A stretch of DNA of 63,573 bases, filler included, from Trichomonas gallinae (lineage: Eukaryota), in the NCBI GenBank assembly GCA_008369845.1. It is 6 parts of 6 records of this genome, joined end to end, with 100 filler letters (N's around TTAATTAATTAA, not from the genome) between each part and the next. Parts side by side here need not be neighbours in the genome. Positions count along the whole stretch, not along the records: positions 16,256 to 41,213 come from MRSU01000286.1; 5 more parts are not named here. The stretch is one strand, 5' to 3'. Under the pieces are notes generated by a model. It was not told where the DNA came from, searched no databases, and saw only the letters and a program-made list of their open reading frames with translations. Positions 21,759-33,581 of the stretch are shown in pieces (positions within the stretch are counted from its first letter, which is position 1; each line of letters opens with the position of its first letter). Made by a program: the position numbers and the translations under genes.

Positions 21759-24407
21759 TTAGATGCCTTTTCGACTGACTTTCTTTCCTTTTGCTTTCTT
21801 CAAGAGCTTAGATTTGTGCTTTGGTGGTGCGTTCTTCTTTGCTTCTCTCTTTGCCTTCTTTGCTTTCTCGTCGTCGTCATCGCTGAGTTCGATTTCTTCA
21901 TCATCGGACTCAGAGTTTTCGTCGTCTTCATCCATTTCGACTTCTTCTGAGCTGTCATCATCGAGCTGAGGCAACTCATCCTCGCTGCTGTCACTTGCAA
22001 CGAATGCCTCGTCTTCAGAATTAGGCTCGTCATCATCAACAACAAATTTCTTCCTTCCTCTTCCTGCACCTTTCTTTGGCTTATCTTCTTCATCATTCTT
22101 TGCCTTTCTTCCTCTCTTCTTTGGCTTTTCATCATCATCAGCTGCCTTTTCTTCTTTAGTCTTTCTTCCTCTTTTCTTCGGCTGCTCATCTTTCGCTTTC
22201 TTAGGCTGCCTGCCTCTCTTCTTTGGCTTTTCATCTTCTTCGTCATCATCATCGTCATTCTTTGATTTCTTGGATTTCTTCTCTGTCCATTCTTTGTCTT
22301 CTTCTTCATCTTCACTTGCAGAGTTGAACTCAAGGCCTTCGTCATCATTGGGAGCTCCTCCTTTAGGAGTTACAACTCTCCTTCTCGCTGGTTTCATCGA
22401 GTTCTTGTTCTTTGCAGCAGCCCAGATATCTTCATCTCCAGAAGACTCTGTTTCGCTTTCCTGGTACTTATCATCATCGTCGACCATTTCTTCGCTATCC
22501 TTGTTGACTCTGCTCGTTCTGACTCTATTTGACGGCCTCCTTGTTTGCTTCTTGACCTTCGTGACAGAGAATTTTGGTCTTTCGCTGATCATGTAGTCTT
22601 CCTTGACTTGTCTGTCCTTTCCGACAAGTCCCGACGCGTCTGTGTGTCTTTGCCTGTAGCCTCTCGTGACAGCACCTTTGACTGCTGGTGTTCCAGGCAA
22701 TGATTTGCTCGCTTGTGCCGGAGGTCCGTAAGAGAACAACTCGCCAAGATGCTCGTAGTCATCTAAAGTCATCTCGAACTCGTCTAGCATGTCGAGGAAG
22801 CCATCAACGTCCGGTTTTCTGCCTGAGAGCTTCTCTTTGGCTCTCTCGAGAAGGAGAGGAACAGTTGTGTCGTTGATTTCGCCAGTTGGTGTAACAATGT
22901 TTCTGTTGATTCTTCTGCCCATTTCGCTGATCCATCTTTGCAGTTTCTTCTGTCTAGAGTTCTTCCCGAAGAACATAGGGAACTTGGAGATGTTCCACTC
23001 TTTGCCGGGACTCAACATAGAAGGAGCAACAGAAGAGAAGAAGCCGTGAGCAGGAAGCAAACTGAATTCTTGGCCACCAAAAATGTTGTTTCCGACAACA
23101 TCTCCTAATGCAATTGCTTCCATAGCATCTGCATATCCATCTGTGACTGGTAAATTCTCGTGTACATATAAAGGAACCATTCCGTAATCAACGAAGAAGC
23201 AGTCAAAGCGTTTTTCGAATTCTGTCGTTGGCTTAAAAATTGTTGATGTCGCGTCAACTGCGTCGATGATAGGAATCACTTTCGCGCTCGTTGTCGCGCT
23301 GGATTCGTTGAAAGATGTAGGAGTCCAGAACTGCAGTGTGTTTATTGCATGTCTGAAGTCACCATGCGAGTTTTCAGCGATTTTTAGGAGAACTTCGTCA
23401 CTTACGTCCATTTTTTCTTGCTCGCAGACGTATTTGAGTCTTGATGCGACTTCTGAGTCAGTTGGGACAGCGAACTTGATATCGACAGCCCTCTTGGCGA
23501 GTGTCTCAAGCTTCCTGTTGCCTCTATCATTGCAGATGCAGATGACAGGATTCACAGCGTTGTCGACAAACTTCGTGAGTTCTTGGAGGCCGCCGCGATC
23601 GCCAGCGGACATGCCGTCGACTTCATCGAAAATGAGGCAGATGGGGTCGCTTTTCTCCTTGAGATCTAAAGCTTTGTTGTCAAAGATGTCTGCAAAATCC
23701 TCTGTAAGAGATTTCTTTGATCGAGTATCTGACGCGTTGAGTTCTAATGGCTTGTAACCACAGTATAAAGCGACAAGTGTTGCAGCAGTCGATTTACCGA
23801 CGCCTGGCTGGCCGCTGAGAATGGCGCATTTTGGATTTGTCGATGGATCGTATTTTTCGAGAAAATCAACGAGATGCTTTATTGGTCCGTAGTTTGCAAC
23901 AACGTCTGATAGCTGTCTTGGTCTGTATTTCTCTGTTAAAATCGAAGATTTGGGGAACATTGATTCTGGAAGCTCTGGACCACCTTTTATCCTTGGTGGT
24001 GGCGGTGGGACGTAGTTTGGATTGCTAGATTGAAGATATTCGAATAAACTTGGTTCATCAATTATCGGTAAGTGTCTATCTTTCGCTTGTTGTAGCTTAC
24101 TTGGTCCTACTTCAATGCAACCACGAATAACAAAGTCTGTTTTTCCTGATATTGATGTAGTCAATCTTCCACCATATGTTTCTATAATATCTTTGAGTTG
24201 TTCTCTAGTAATAGATGGCATAGTTCCTGTCGCTGTGAACGTAACACCTTCTAAACATCCTGGCTTTCCAACAGGAATTGGAACTTGACCCAAATTCGGT
24301 GGATTGTCTGACATTCCGAAGCGAAAACCTTGATTAAACGTAAATGATGATTCTGCTAGTTTTATTTTTGGCAATGGGGGCCTCTCTACTTGCTTCCTTG
24401 GAGGCAT
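21759..24407 (-). CDS. RFC1: Replication factor C large subunit
   Basis: BRCT domain (CLEGVTFTATG...YGGRLTTSISGKTDFVIRG), EKYRP, GQPGVGKS, ELNASD, DEVDGMSAGDRGG, RFC1 C-terminal domain and an acidic/basic tail. Confidence 0.93.
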   Translation of the reverse strand: MPPRKQVERPPLPKIKLAESSFTFNQGFRFGMSDNPPNLGQVPIPVGKPGCLEGVTFTATGTMPSITREQLKDIIETYGGRLTTSISGKTDFVIRGCIEVGPSKLQQAKDRHLPIIDEPSLFEYLQSSNPNYVPPPPPRIKGGPELPESMFPKSSILTEKYRPRQLSDVVANYGPIKHLVDFLEKYDPSTNPKCAILSGQPGVGKSTAATLVALYCGYKPLELNASDTRSKKSLTEDFADIFDNKALDLKEKSDPICLIFDEVDGMSAGDRGGLQELTKFVDNAVNPVICICNDRGNRKLETLAKRAVDIKFAVPTDSEVASRLKYVCEQEKMDVSDEVLLKIAENSHGDFRHAINTLQFWTPTSFNESSATTSAKVIPIIDAVDATSTIFKPTTEFEKRFDCFFVDYGMVPLYVHENLPVTDGYADAMEAIALGDVVGNNIFGGQEFSLLPAHGFFSSVAPSMLSPGKEWNISKFPMFFGKNSRQKKLQRWISEMGRRINRNIVTPTGEINDTTVPLLLERAKEKLSGRKPDVDGFLDMLDEFEMTLDDYEHLGELFSYGPPAQASKSLPGTPAVKGAVTRGYRQRHTDASGLVGKDRQVKEDYMISERPKFSVTKVKKQTRRPSNRVRTSRVNKDSEEMVDDDDKYQESETESSGDEDIWAAAKNKNSMKPARRRVVTPKGGAPNDDEGLEFNSASEDEEEDKEWTEKKSKKSKNDDDDDEEDEKPKKRGRQPKKAKDEQPKKRGRKTKEEKAADDDEKPKKRGRKAKNDEEDKPKKGAGRGRKKFVVDDDEPNSEDEAFVASDSSEDELPQLDDDSSEEVEMDEDDENSESDDEEIELSDDDDEKAKKAKREAKKNAPPKHKSKLLKKAKGKKVSRKGI

Positions 24408-24709
24408 ATGAAGTCACCAACTAAAAAGTTGACGTTTACAAAACAAATTGTCAAAATTCTTTTCAAAATCAGCGTACGTTTAAAATTTATTTGTCAAAAA
24501 AATATAAAAATCCATAAAATCGATCATTTTTAGCGAAAATCATATTGCAAAACGCTATAACAACATGTATCTGATCCATTCATCGAAATTATGGCTTTAT
24601 TTCGATAATCTTTTCGTAAATAACATGATTTTAACGATTATTCGAAATGTATTATGCAAAAGCAGCTCAAATATAACAATTTTGTGACATTTTCGAGTCA
24701 TTTTTACTA

Positions 24710-25519
24710 ATGGAAAATGTTGATATCTATTTTATCCAAACTTTACTCAGAGAAATAAGAACATCATGTGTAGAGTTATGGATAAACCTTATCAACAAAC
24801 AAGAGTCGATGAATGGAATTCAAGAAATCGTTGATTCCATTGATGGTTTGGTTATGCGAAATCGCAAAGATACGAAATATGAAATATTACTACTTGAGAA
24901 CGAGTTTGTTACGGAAGTACTCCCTAAAATCAAACAATTGTTCCCACGAAGTGACGAAATCATTCAAAAATTAAAAGAACAACTAATTTCATTGCTAAAC
25001 AGTATATTCGATCAACTGAAACAGTCTGAACAGTTTGCAAAATCCAAGGAATTAAGAGGTAAATACAAGCATCTCATAAAAAGACTTGAACAGAAAAGAT
25101 ATTTCAGTATTTTCACCGACATACAAGCACTATTTGCACTTCTAGCGAAAGTATATAAGAAAGATATTAAAACTCCCGATTTTATTGCAATAATTGCACG
25201 AGAACTCGACTCATATTTCACATTAAACAGAAACACCGAAATAATTACAAACCATGTCGAAAAAATGCTTTCATATGCCATAGGTGACATGATGTTGAAG
25301 CATTACTCGAATAAAGTCGATAATTCAAATTCTTCACAACAAAAACAAGATTTAGAGTTCGATGAATTAGATATAGCAATACAGAAGGCCAATATAAAGA
25401 GAAAAGTAGCCTTCAACAAAGCTAAATCGATTACAGAAAATTACAATTTCATATTATTAATTTTTCTCATTGTTTTCTTTGTTTGTATATGTAGTATTGG
25501 TAAAATATCATTGATGTAA
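24710..25519 (+). CDS. Helical hypothetical protein with C-terminal membrane anchor
   Basis: 269-aa ORF; TCATTTT Inr upstream; C-terminal FILLIFLIVFFVCICSIG. Confidence 0.75.
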   Translation: MENVDIYFIQTLLREIRTSCVELWINLINKQESMNGIQEIVDSIDGLVMRNRKDTKYEILLLENEFVTEVLPKIKQLFPRSDEIIQKLKEQLISLLNSIFDQLKQSEQFAKSKELRGKYKHLIKRLEQKRYFSIFTDIQALFALLAKVYKKDIKTPDFIAIIARELDSYFTLNRNTEIITNHVEKMLSYAIGDMMLKHYSNKVDNSNSSQQKQDLEFDELDIAIQKANIKRKVAFNKAKSITENYNFILLIFLIVFFVCICSIGKISLM

Positions 25520-25735
25520 TTATTTAAAATCGTCGATTTTTTAATATTTTACTGTGAAAAATGTAGTTTTTACAAAATATTTTTAATTTTTTGTCAAAAT
25601 CTATAAATGTTTTGGTGATTTTGTGATTATTTGATGAAAATGGGCTATTTATAGAGAATGAAATCGATATATCGGTAAATTTAGGCTAAAATCTCCGCAA
25701 GAGAGGTGATATGAAAAAACCGATTTTCATTAATT

Positions 25736-26065
25736 ATGTCTGCAGCAGAACAGAAGAAGCAGGCTGAGGAGAAGCAGAAGCAAATCGAGGCACAGCGCGC
25801 AGCCCTCCTCGACAAGATTCTCTCAACAGAAGCCAAGGAAAGACTTGGCAGAATCGCATTAGTTAAGCCAGAGAAGGCCAGAATGGTCGAAGATTTGTTA
25901 ATTCAGATGTCTCAGCAGCGCAACCTTGGTGGCCCAGTTCAGGATGCTGAACTCCTCGATATTCTTAACAAAGTTTCTGCAACAGAGCAGGCTCACAGCA
26001 CTGTCCAGATTAAGCATCGTGGAAAGTTCGATGACAAGTGGGACGATGATGATGAGGGCTGGTAA
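25736..26065 (+). CDS. PDCD5: PDCD5 / double-stranded DNA-binding family protein
   Basis: IL..EAKERLGRIALVKPEKARMVE.LLIQM signature; acidic tail. Confidence 0.9.
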   Translation: MSAAEQKKQAEEKQKQIEAQRAALLDKILSTEAKERLGRIALVKPEKARMVEDLLIQMSQQRNLGGPVQDAELLDILNKVSATEQAHSTVQIKHRGKFDDKWDDDDEGW

Positions 26066-26746
26066 GTTTTGGTATTTTATTAACAAACGATCAACTAACT
26101 TATTATGTACTTAAACCAATATTGTAATAATTTTCTCGCCCCGGCATATCATAATTACCTTATTTCAACCTTCAGTTCTTTGATTTTACTTTACTTTTGC
26201 TTATTTTTCCTTTGGAATGCTTTTATCATTTCATTTTGCTACTACATACTTTCAATACTAAGTAACTACAACACAAATTCGAATTCATTTATTTAATTTT
26301 GATTTATTTTTTAATTTGCTTAGTTTGTGTTTGTCAGTTTACATTTTATTCGCAGACGGGCAATGATTTGTTATATTTTTGTCCTTTGAATGCACATTAA
26401 TTTTAATGAAAAAACAAAATTATCAATTTTATAAAAAATACTCTTGTAGAATGATAGAGATCGTAGAAATATTTTTGTTTACTAAGGAAAAAGATCTAGT
26501 TGATGATAATAAATGTTTAAATAATTAATGATAAAATAAACAAATTAATAGATTAAATAATGTTTTGAGTGTCTAATAATATGCCAAAGTAATTGGCCGC
26601 AAAATCCAATTTTTCGAATTTAGCCATTGAAAAATCAACGAATTTTGCCAAAAATACTACGAAAAATAGAGATTATATGCGATAACTAAGCTAAATAAAT
26701 AATAAAAGTCATTTCAAGGGTAAAACACTGTCACTTTTAGAAAAAA

Positions 26747-28081
26747 ATGTTGGCTTCTCTCTTCTTTTCTTTAGCGCAGAGTGCCGCGGATATCCGCAAC
26801 ACTAAAGTCGATCGCCAGTACAAAATCAACGAGGGATTCATTACTGTTTCTCTCGAAATCAAATTCACCAATTATGGCGATAAACCAGCCAGTGAGTACG
26901 CACTCGCATTCGAACCACGCGAGGCCGCCCACATGAACACAGTCGTCGCGACAATGAACAGAAAGCATATCCACAACACAGACAAATCTTTACCAATCAG
27001 AAGCGAAAATGGAAAGAAATATATCACGTTGCTCCAGGCAGTTGAACCAGGCGCTTCTCAAACAATATTCGTCGGATACTCTCTCGGCACATATCTTCTT
27101 TTCACAACAAACGGTGTTACGCTCAAGAATTTAAGAATTGACTGCTACTTCAACACTACATTCTCCTTTGTCTCACCATACAAGACAGAAGAGTGGAGCC
27201 TTGAAGTTAACGGCATTTCCAAGAATTCAATCACATCTTTGGTAAATCATCCAGATATCAATCAACAGTCAATGAAGATTGTTATCAATTCCCTTAAGAC
27301 AGCTCCAAAGAACAATGAATTCTTCGTCGAGTATTACATGTACAAGCCACTCCCATACGTCACAACAATCAACACATCTACATATCTCTCACATTGGGGC
27401 ATTTCTAAGCAGCAGTCATTCATGGAGGTCCACAACGATGGTCCAGAATTCGTTGGTGAGTTCAATCGTATTGATTTCCGTGAATCATCAAACTGCTACT
27501 TCGCCACAGTTCCAGTTCGTCCACCAGTTGACTCATACAACTTCTGGGCTCACGATGAATCCGGCCAACTTCAGCGCCACATTAATTTAGTTAACAAAGA
27601 TTTAGATATTCCACTCCGTGGCCCAGTATTGCCATCATGGAAGGTTACATATACAACAGGCTGGACAGTCGCTACAAAGATCTTCGTTTCTAAGGAAAGC
27701 GACACATATGTTTTCTCAGCCCCATTATTCCCGAAGCCATACGCTGACAGAGGTGTTGCCGTCTCCAAGATCCACTCCGAGTTCGTCTTCCCAGAAGGCG
27801 CTCAGATCAAGAAGATCACATATCCATCTGTTATTAATGGCAAGCACTTCTTCTCAGAAGAAGTTTGCAACCTCGATTTCAATGGTAGATCTGTCGTCAC
27901 AATCGAGGCTGAGAAGCTCTCATCAATGGATGACATCACAGTTAAGATCGAGTATACAATTGAGGCCAAATATGCCTGGTACAAGATTGTTTACCTTACA
28001 ACAGGCTTCGGCATTATCTTCCTTGCTATTGTTGTTCTTAGAAGAGTTGATTTATCTATTGCTCACGACAAGAAGGAATAA
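26747..28081 (+). CDS. RPN1: Oligosaccharyltransferase subunit ribophorin I (Ost1)
   Basis: Signal peptide, SPYKT, SHWG, HNDGPEFVGEFNRIDF, P..PSWK..YT.GW, LDFNGR and a C-terminal TM helix. Confidence 0.85.
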   Translation: MLASLFFSLAQSAADIRNTKVDRQYKINEGFITVSLEIKFTNYGDKPASEYALAFEPREAAHMNTVVATMNRKHIHNTDKSLPIRSENGKKYITLLQAVEPGASQTIFVGYSLGTYLLFTTNGVTLKNLRIDCYFNTTFSFVSPYKTEEWSLEVNGISKNSITSLVNHPDINQQSMKIVINSLKTAPKNNEFFVEYYMYKPLPYVTTINTSTYLSHWGISKQQSFMEVHNDGPEFVGEFNRIDFRESSNCYFATVPVRPPVDSYNFWAHDESGQLQRHINLVNKDLDIPLRGPVLPSWKVTYTTGWTVATKIFVSKESDTYVFSAPLFPKPYADRGVAVSKIHSEFVFPEGAQIKKITYPSVINGKHFFSEEVCNLDFNGRSVVTIEAEKLSSMDDITVKIEYTIEAKYAWYKIVYLTTGFGIIFLAIVVLRRVDLSIAHDKKE

Positions 28082-28481
28082 GCTGATTTTAATTTACATT
28101 TTTAAACACAAAATATTTAATACATGAAATGATTTTTCTTTAATCCATCAATTGATCACAAACTCTTATTGATTTTCGAAAAATTCTAAAAATTTCAATA
28201 ATTAGCAATATCTAATCATGATCATTTAAATTTAGTGAATATTGTTAAATCTAAATGATATGTTAACAACTAAAACAGTCTATACAGTAACAAAATTTGA
28301 TTAGAATTTACAACGCATTTAATACCATAAATATTTGATATTAATGCATTGTTTAATACAAAACTAATAAAACTCCATATATAAGTATTCTTGAATGTTT
28401 CAATTTTTGATCTCAAATTCTATAAAATTTTAATAAATAACTAAAACAACTATTAAGTAAAATAGTATAATTTTATACAGT

Positions 28482-29735
28482 TTAATAAACAATTAGCGAA
28501 CCTTCTTCATCCCATTTTGCAGAGACTTCAATTTTGTAATCTGATTTGTCGCAGGAGATTGTTTTGTTTTCTGGGTCGATTTCGATCTTGCATGCAACTG
28601 GACCTCCAAGAGTTCCATACTTTGTGAATCTGATATCTGTTGGAAGGCAAAGGCCAAAATTGCCCCATTGGTCAGGAATTGTTATTGTGCTCAATGGATT
28701 GGCCATAACTGTGGTGAACATAGCGTGGTAACTGTAGTCTAACTGCTTATCTACGAAGAAGAAACGCATTTCTGGTCCGAAATTAGTCTGTAGTTTGTTG
28801 AATACTTTCCTATCGGCAGCATTGCTTAATCCACCAAGAGCCAACATGAAACTTTTCCACCAAGAATATGGATAATACTTGCATTTGAATAAGAAGCCAT
28901 TTGAATTGATTTTAGCATAAAAATCATCAACTTCTTTCAGATAGTAGTCATGTGATGCGAAGAAATGTGTACCAAGGAATAATGGATAATTTTCCTTAGT
29001 GAAACCGAAGCCAATAACAGCTCTCTTAGAAACAACAGATTCAGCAACAACTCTCAACAAGTTTGATCCAAGTGGGAGAGACAATAAAATCCTTGCTTCG
29101 CGGCAAATTGATAATTTCTTGTTCCAAAGAGGAATAGCTGAACAAAGCTGCTGTGGTGTGAGCTTGACATCTGTGTTCTTAGCAAATATGTATCCATAAT
29201 CGCTTCCTGTCTTTGTTTCAGAATAAATTGGGCGATAAATGTCAGTAAATGCTGGGAGTTTCGGCTTTTTGAGATGATCTATGAACTTCTTTTCTGTATA
29301 AATGGCGCCGCATCCGACCTTTTCAGCACTTTCAAGAAATTCCTCTGGAGTCTGCAAACCTGGGCCTGAAGCAATGACTGGAGTGCCATTGACCAAACAG
29401 GAGAGGTAAATGACGAATGATTCTTTTGTCGTTTCGGCATAAATACCGAGAGGATTTGATTGATTGAAATTGCTAAGAACTGGCTTCAATTCTTTAATTA
29501 TTGAATAAACTTTCTCATATGTTGTATATTTGAGATTGTTATTCTGGTCTATTTCAGCAAAAAATGGAAGGTTTTTCTCAAATTGCCAATTTTCCATGAA
29601 TAGCTCTTCGAAATCGCGATATGACTCCGTCTCATAATTTTCTGGGTCGCTCCTGATGTTCTTGTTTTCAGGATCAACGACTGAATACTGATAACCACGT
29701 GGAGGCTGGGAATAACCTGCGCCCATTTCTGACAT
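28482..29735 (-). CDS. Divergent, shortened long-chain acyl-CoA synthetase (ANL)-like protein
   Basis: N-terminal ...YTTYEKV... segment, LSLPLG, ADRKVFNKLQTNFGPEMRFF and GTLGGP resemble ACSL; no TSGTTG P-loop and no C-terminal domain. Confidence 0.5.
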   Translation of the reverse strand: MSEMGAGYSQPPRGYQYSVVDPENKNIRSDPENYETESYRDFEELFMENWQFEKNLPFFAEIDQNNNLKYTTYEKVYSIIKELKPVLSNFNQSNPLGIYAETTKESFVIYLSCLVNGTPVIASGPGLQTPEEFLESAEKVGCGAIYTEKKFIDHLKKPKLPAFTDIYRPIYSETKTGSDYGYIFAKNTDVKLTPQQLCSAIPLWNKKLSICREARILLSLPLGSNLLRVVAESVVSKRAVIGFGFTKENYPLFLGTHFFASHDYYLKEVDDFYAKINSNGFLFKCKYYPYSWWKSFMLALGGLSNAADRKVFNKLQTNFGPEMRFFFVDKQLDYSYHAMFTTVMANPLSTITIPDQWGNFGLCLPTDIRFTKYGTLGGPVACKIEIDPENKTISCDKSDYKIEVSAKWDEEGSLIVY

Positions 29736-30228
29736 GTCACTTTTTAGAATTTTGACATTTTACTTGTCAAATATCAAATAAATTGACAAGGTAAATTTTT
29801 TAACATTTAATTTTTACAGGCGTGAAAGCAAATCATATAACATAGGAAATTGTTTAACATCAGCATTAGTTTCTATTCTAGGATCAAGAAGATAGGAGCC
29901 AAATACCAACTTATTCTACATCTTGTTGAGTCTCTCTGAATGAATATCAAATTTCTCAACTCAAGTTGTGATATACTTATATATTCGAATTTTTCATACA
30001 AGTTGTACAGAAAGCTTTTATTTTTTGTGTCTATAAATAGTGTTTGTTTTCTAATTTGCATTGAATTTTTGATAATAGAATAGATGGATAGAATACATAT
30101 TGCTAATAAAATTTACTTATTTAAAAATCGAAAATATTGTAAATTTGATGAAATAAATTAAATTTTTGTAAAATTTTCAAAAAATATTTTTCAAAAATTT
30201 AAAACGGCAGATTCCATAACTTATCAAA

Positions 30229-32184
30229 ATGCGGAAACCAAAAACAGATCAAATGCGACAAGAACTATGGAAAACCATGCTAAAACTCATGGCGATCACG
30301 AGTGATCCTGAAATGGATGAAATTGATGGCGCCGTGCAGGAAATATTCAAAGATGATCCTCCTGTTTGGCTGAATAATCACATTGTTTTTGGTTCTCTCG
30401 TCACAGCATTTGACACAGACATAGAATATCAAATCTCGAAAATGAAATCTCTACAAACTCGAATAGAACATCAAATCAAAATTAAAAATGCCAACGAATT
30501 ACGAAAACAGAGCATAATTGAAGAAATACAACGAATAGAAAGTGATATAGCAACAGATAGTACTGGTCAAAGCACCGCAACGTATGATACAAATTATGAT
30601 TTACAAATCGAAGAATATGATCGAATATGCAGGGAGAAAAGAGGCGATTTACATGCTCTAGAAGAGGAATGTGATCAATTGGAGAAATATTACGATGAAG
30701 TGGAACAAGAATTAACAAAACAGAAAAATGTTCGTGATATCTACCAGCAGCACCTCGTAGATTGCTCAAAGGTTATCAGAGACTTCAGAAAACAGAATGA
30801 AAAGATTAGATTATTCCTTAAAACAATAATAAATCACAGAAACTCATTACATCAGACGCAGAAAGATTTGATCATTACAGGGGATAAACTCTTAAAAGCA
30901 CGCGCAGACAATGAGCAGATGATTAAAAGACTAGAAGATAAATACGGTGAACACCAGACATTAATGCAGAAACTCGAAGAAACAGAGATAAAAATTAAAC
31001 AAGCTGAGCAGCAACAAGAAATGACTTTGACAAAAATGATAGAAGCTGTGAAAATGTCTGAGCAAGCCAGAGCAGAGGTTTCAAAGCAGAGCGCACTCAA
31101 CTTGAACTTATCAAACGAGATTGCTCGATTAAGAGAACTGACTAGAGAAGAGTCGCAAAGATTGACTCAGGCATTGGACGAACATGTCAGGGGAATTGAA
31201 CGCGGCTACAACAACGTATTAAATGAGATGACGGCGAGGATAAAGGAAGTTGAAACAGAGAATAAGGAGACAGTGCAAGATAGAGCAGTAGTCCAAAGAA
31301 GAGTAGAACTGGCGATGGTTGAAAACGCAAAATTGGTTGATCAAAAAGGTGACAATGGATTCCAGATGTTTATATCCGAAATGAGAAGATTGAAAGACAC
31401 AAGTGAAGAAGTTATCCTGAAGATAGATGAGATGAAGGTTAGCTCTATAAAATACGCTGATGGAATCGGATCGACAAAGACTAAAATCGTGCAAGTTTCT
31501 CGCGAATGCCGCGACGAGCTTCAAAGTCTCGAAGAAAGAGCGAAAAACTTAGAAGAAGAAGTTAAGACGGCAATTGAGCAACGCGACGAAGTTATCACTA
31601 CAAATGAGAGGATTGTTGCTGAAAATAAAGAACTGAGAAGAGCAATTGTCAACGCTCATTCATCGTCAAAATCAGATATGGAGAAAGCGATGAATGATAA
31701 ACAAGAAGAAATCGACGAGATGAACGAGCAAATAGAAAGGGCAGTAGCAGAATCAGCACGTGCAGTAGAAAATATAACAGCAGCTGCCACAGGATATAAA
31801 CAACACGCAGATAAATGGAAGTGTCAGCTTGATATAATCAATGCTGAAGCGAGTGAAGTGAAATCAAATATCTCTGCGAGCAAACGCAATAAAACAGACG
31901 AGTCGAAGTCATTGAGACAGCGTGTAGCAGATTTAGCACGTAGAGCTGAAGAGATAAGATTCGAAATTGCGGAAACAGACAGAGAAATTGCTTTGCTAAA
32001 ATCAGAAGTCGCAGAGAAAAATGCAGCAAGAAGAAAGGCAGAGAGGCGGGTTAGAAATATAGAGCAGATAAGGTTGGACTTCCAATCTAATAGAGAAGAG
32101 TTGGAAAGAATCTCGAAGATGCTTGATAAGAAGATTCAGAAATACGGTTCTGAGATTTACCTTTTACAAGCTGAAAATCATTAA
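30229..32184 (+). CDS. Long coiled-coil protein
   Basis: 651-aa ORF of continuous E/K/R/Q heptads. Confidence 0.85.
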   Translation: MRKPKTDQMRQELWKTMLKLMAITSDPEMDEIDGAVQEIFKDDPPVWLNNHIVFGSLVTAFDTDIEYQISKMKSLQTRIEHQIKIKNANELRKQSIIEEIQRIESDIATDSTGQSTATYDTNYDLQIEEYDRICREKRGDLHALEEECDQLEKYYDEVEQELTKQKNVRDIYQQHLVDCSKVIRDFRKQNEKIRLFLKTIINHRNSLHQTQKDLIITGDKLLKARADNEQMIKRLEDKYGEHQTLMQKLEETEIKIKQAEQQQEMTLTKMIEAVKMSEQARAEVSKQSALNLNLSNEIARLRELTREESQRLTQALDEHVRGIERGYNNVLNEMTARIKEVETENKETVQDRAVVQRRVELAMVENAKLVDQKGDNGFQMFISEMRRLKDTSEEVILKIDEMKVSSIKYADGIGSTKTKIVQVSRECRDELQSLEERAKNLEEEVKTAIEQRDEVITTNERIVAENKELRRAIVNAHSSSKSDMEKAMNDKQEEIDEMNEQIERAVAESARAVENITAAATGYKQHADKWKCQLDIINAEASEVKSNISASKRNKTDESKSLRQRVADLARRAEEIRFEIAETDREIALLKSEVAEKNAARRKAERRVRNIEQIRLDFQSNREELERISKMLDKKIQKYGSEIYLLQAENH

Positions 32185-32319
32185 ATGTTTTGTTATTTAT
32201 TTGTTTTATCAACCGAGAAATCTTTATTTAGTATATTTTTAATTTGGACATCTTAACCTTAATCTTCAAAAACTGCATGATTATTATATTATAGAGCATA
32301 AGAAATAATTTTGTGGAAA

Positions 32320-32393
32320 TCCTCCCTAACTCAGTTGGTTAGAGTGTCAGACTGTTAATCTGGAAGTCGTGTGTTCGATCCACACGGGAGGAG
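32320..32393 (+). tRNA. tRNA-Asn (GTT)
   Basis: TCCTCCC/GGGAGGA acceptor stem, TCAGA-CTGTTAA-TCTGG anticodon arm, GTGTG-TTCGATC-CACAC T arm; T-run terminator follows. Confidence 0.95.
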
Positions 32394-33140
32394 TTTTTTC
32401 TTTTTCAAAATTCCTTCATTTTTCACATTGCACCTGTATTTTTAATTTTTGGCTATCAACTACATCTACTTCACATCCGAAACATTTTATAGAACAACAT
32501 ATCCCAATTAATTCAAACTCAGACAGACTTTTGAAATGATGCCGAAATTAAACCTACAATCCAATACGCATAACCAATCAAAATGTTATTAATATAAGGT
32601 ATTGATGCTCTTGATCAGTTGCCGATCTGTTTCGATAGTAGATCAATTGTCCGAACTGATGTTTCAGTGTGGTTCACTTTCTGAACCAATTTACTTGTGT
32701 ATTTTTATTAATAATTATATTTTATAGTTGTTCCTTGATATATTTTAATGTTATGAGCAAATGAAAATCTTGAAATTCAAAATTTAGCTTCAGGATGAAT
32801 TCCATGGCATATACTAAAGTTAAATAATGTGGTGGTACATGAACCCAACGAAGAAAAGTTATATTAAACATTGATTTGTTTTTTGTTATAAACATGATAA
32901 TAGATTATATGGTAGGTCCATTTAACATCTATCAATTCATTTTCATATAATTTTGATCGCAAATTACCTGCTTTGCCTAATTGAACTGATATATGTAATC
33001 ATATCCTTTATATCTAATCAAAATATGGATAACATATCCGAATACAAGTAGATTTATGCAATGTAATGACGCTCATATAGAAAAAATCCTTTTAGATATC
33101 GATAATATGTAATTTTAAAACACACAAACACAAATATATC

Positions 33141-33581
33141 TTAATCACTGTCATCATGCTGGTGTCGATGGTATTTCCGTTTATGGGGTTCACCATCATT
33201 TGTTTTTGTTTTTTCGCGTTTTTTGTACTTTCTCTTTTGCTGTTGGAATGTTTCGGAGTCATCCGTAGCGTCCGAATCACTTAGATCAAGATTTGAAAAG
33301 CTTTTAGTTTTCTTTTTCATTGGTGGTGGATCAATAATCTCTTCTGTTTTCGTAACTAGCTTTTTCTTTTTCTGGATATGGGTAGCTGATTTACTTACTC
33401 CTGCTTTTTCCCAGTATATTGATTTATACGAGGGAAGAAGCATTGACCATTCAGCAGCAATTCTTCTTGAAATTTCGATAAACGTAAGTCCTTCAATTGC
33501 ATCGCGATGCATGTTCCGCCACTCCGCTGTAAACACAGAGAAGGCGGTAAGGTTTTTTGTCTGTGGAGAAGTAACTGTCGT
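33141..33581 (-). CDS. HMG-box protein (no ATG at the expected start; ACG instead)
   Basis: KNLTAFSVFTAEWR......LTFIEISRRIAAEWSML...K..Y..KA is an HMG box; the frame opens at AAA-ACG right after a TAA. Confidence 0.75.
   Translation of the reverse strand, partial: TTVTSPQTKNLTAFSVFTAEWRNMHRDAIEGLTFIEISRRIAAEWSMLLPSYKSIYWEKAGVSKSATHIQKKKKLVTKTEEIIDPPPMKKKTKSFSNLDLSDSDATDDSETFQQQKRKYKKREKTKTNDGEPHKRKYHRHQHDDSD

Noticed and set aside
26062..26100. GTAAGT at the PDCD5 3' end as a splice donor
   Set aside because: It overlaps the natural stop of a complete protein, and no fused branch/AG acceptor follows.
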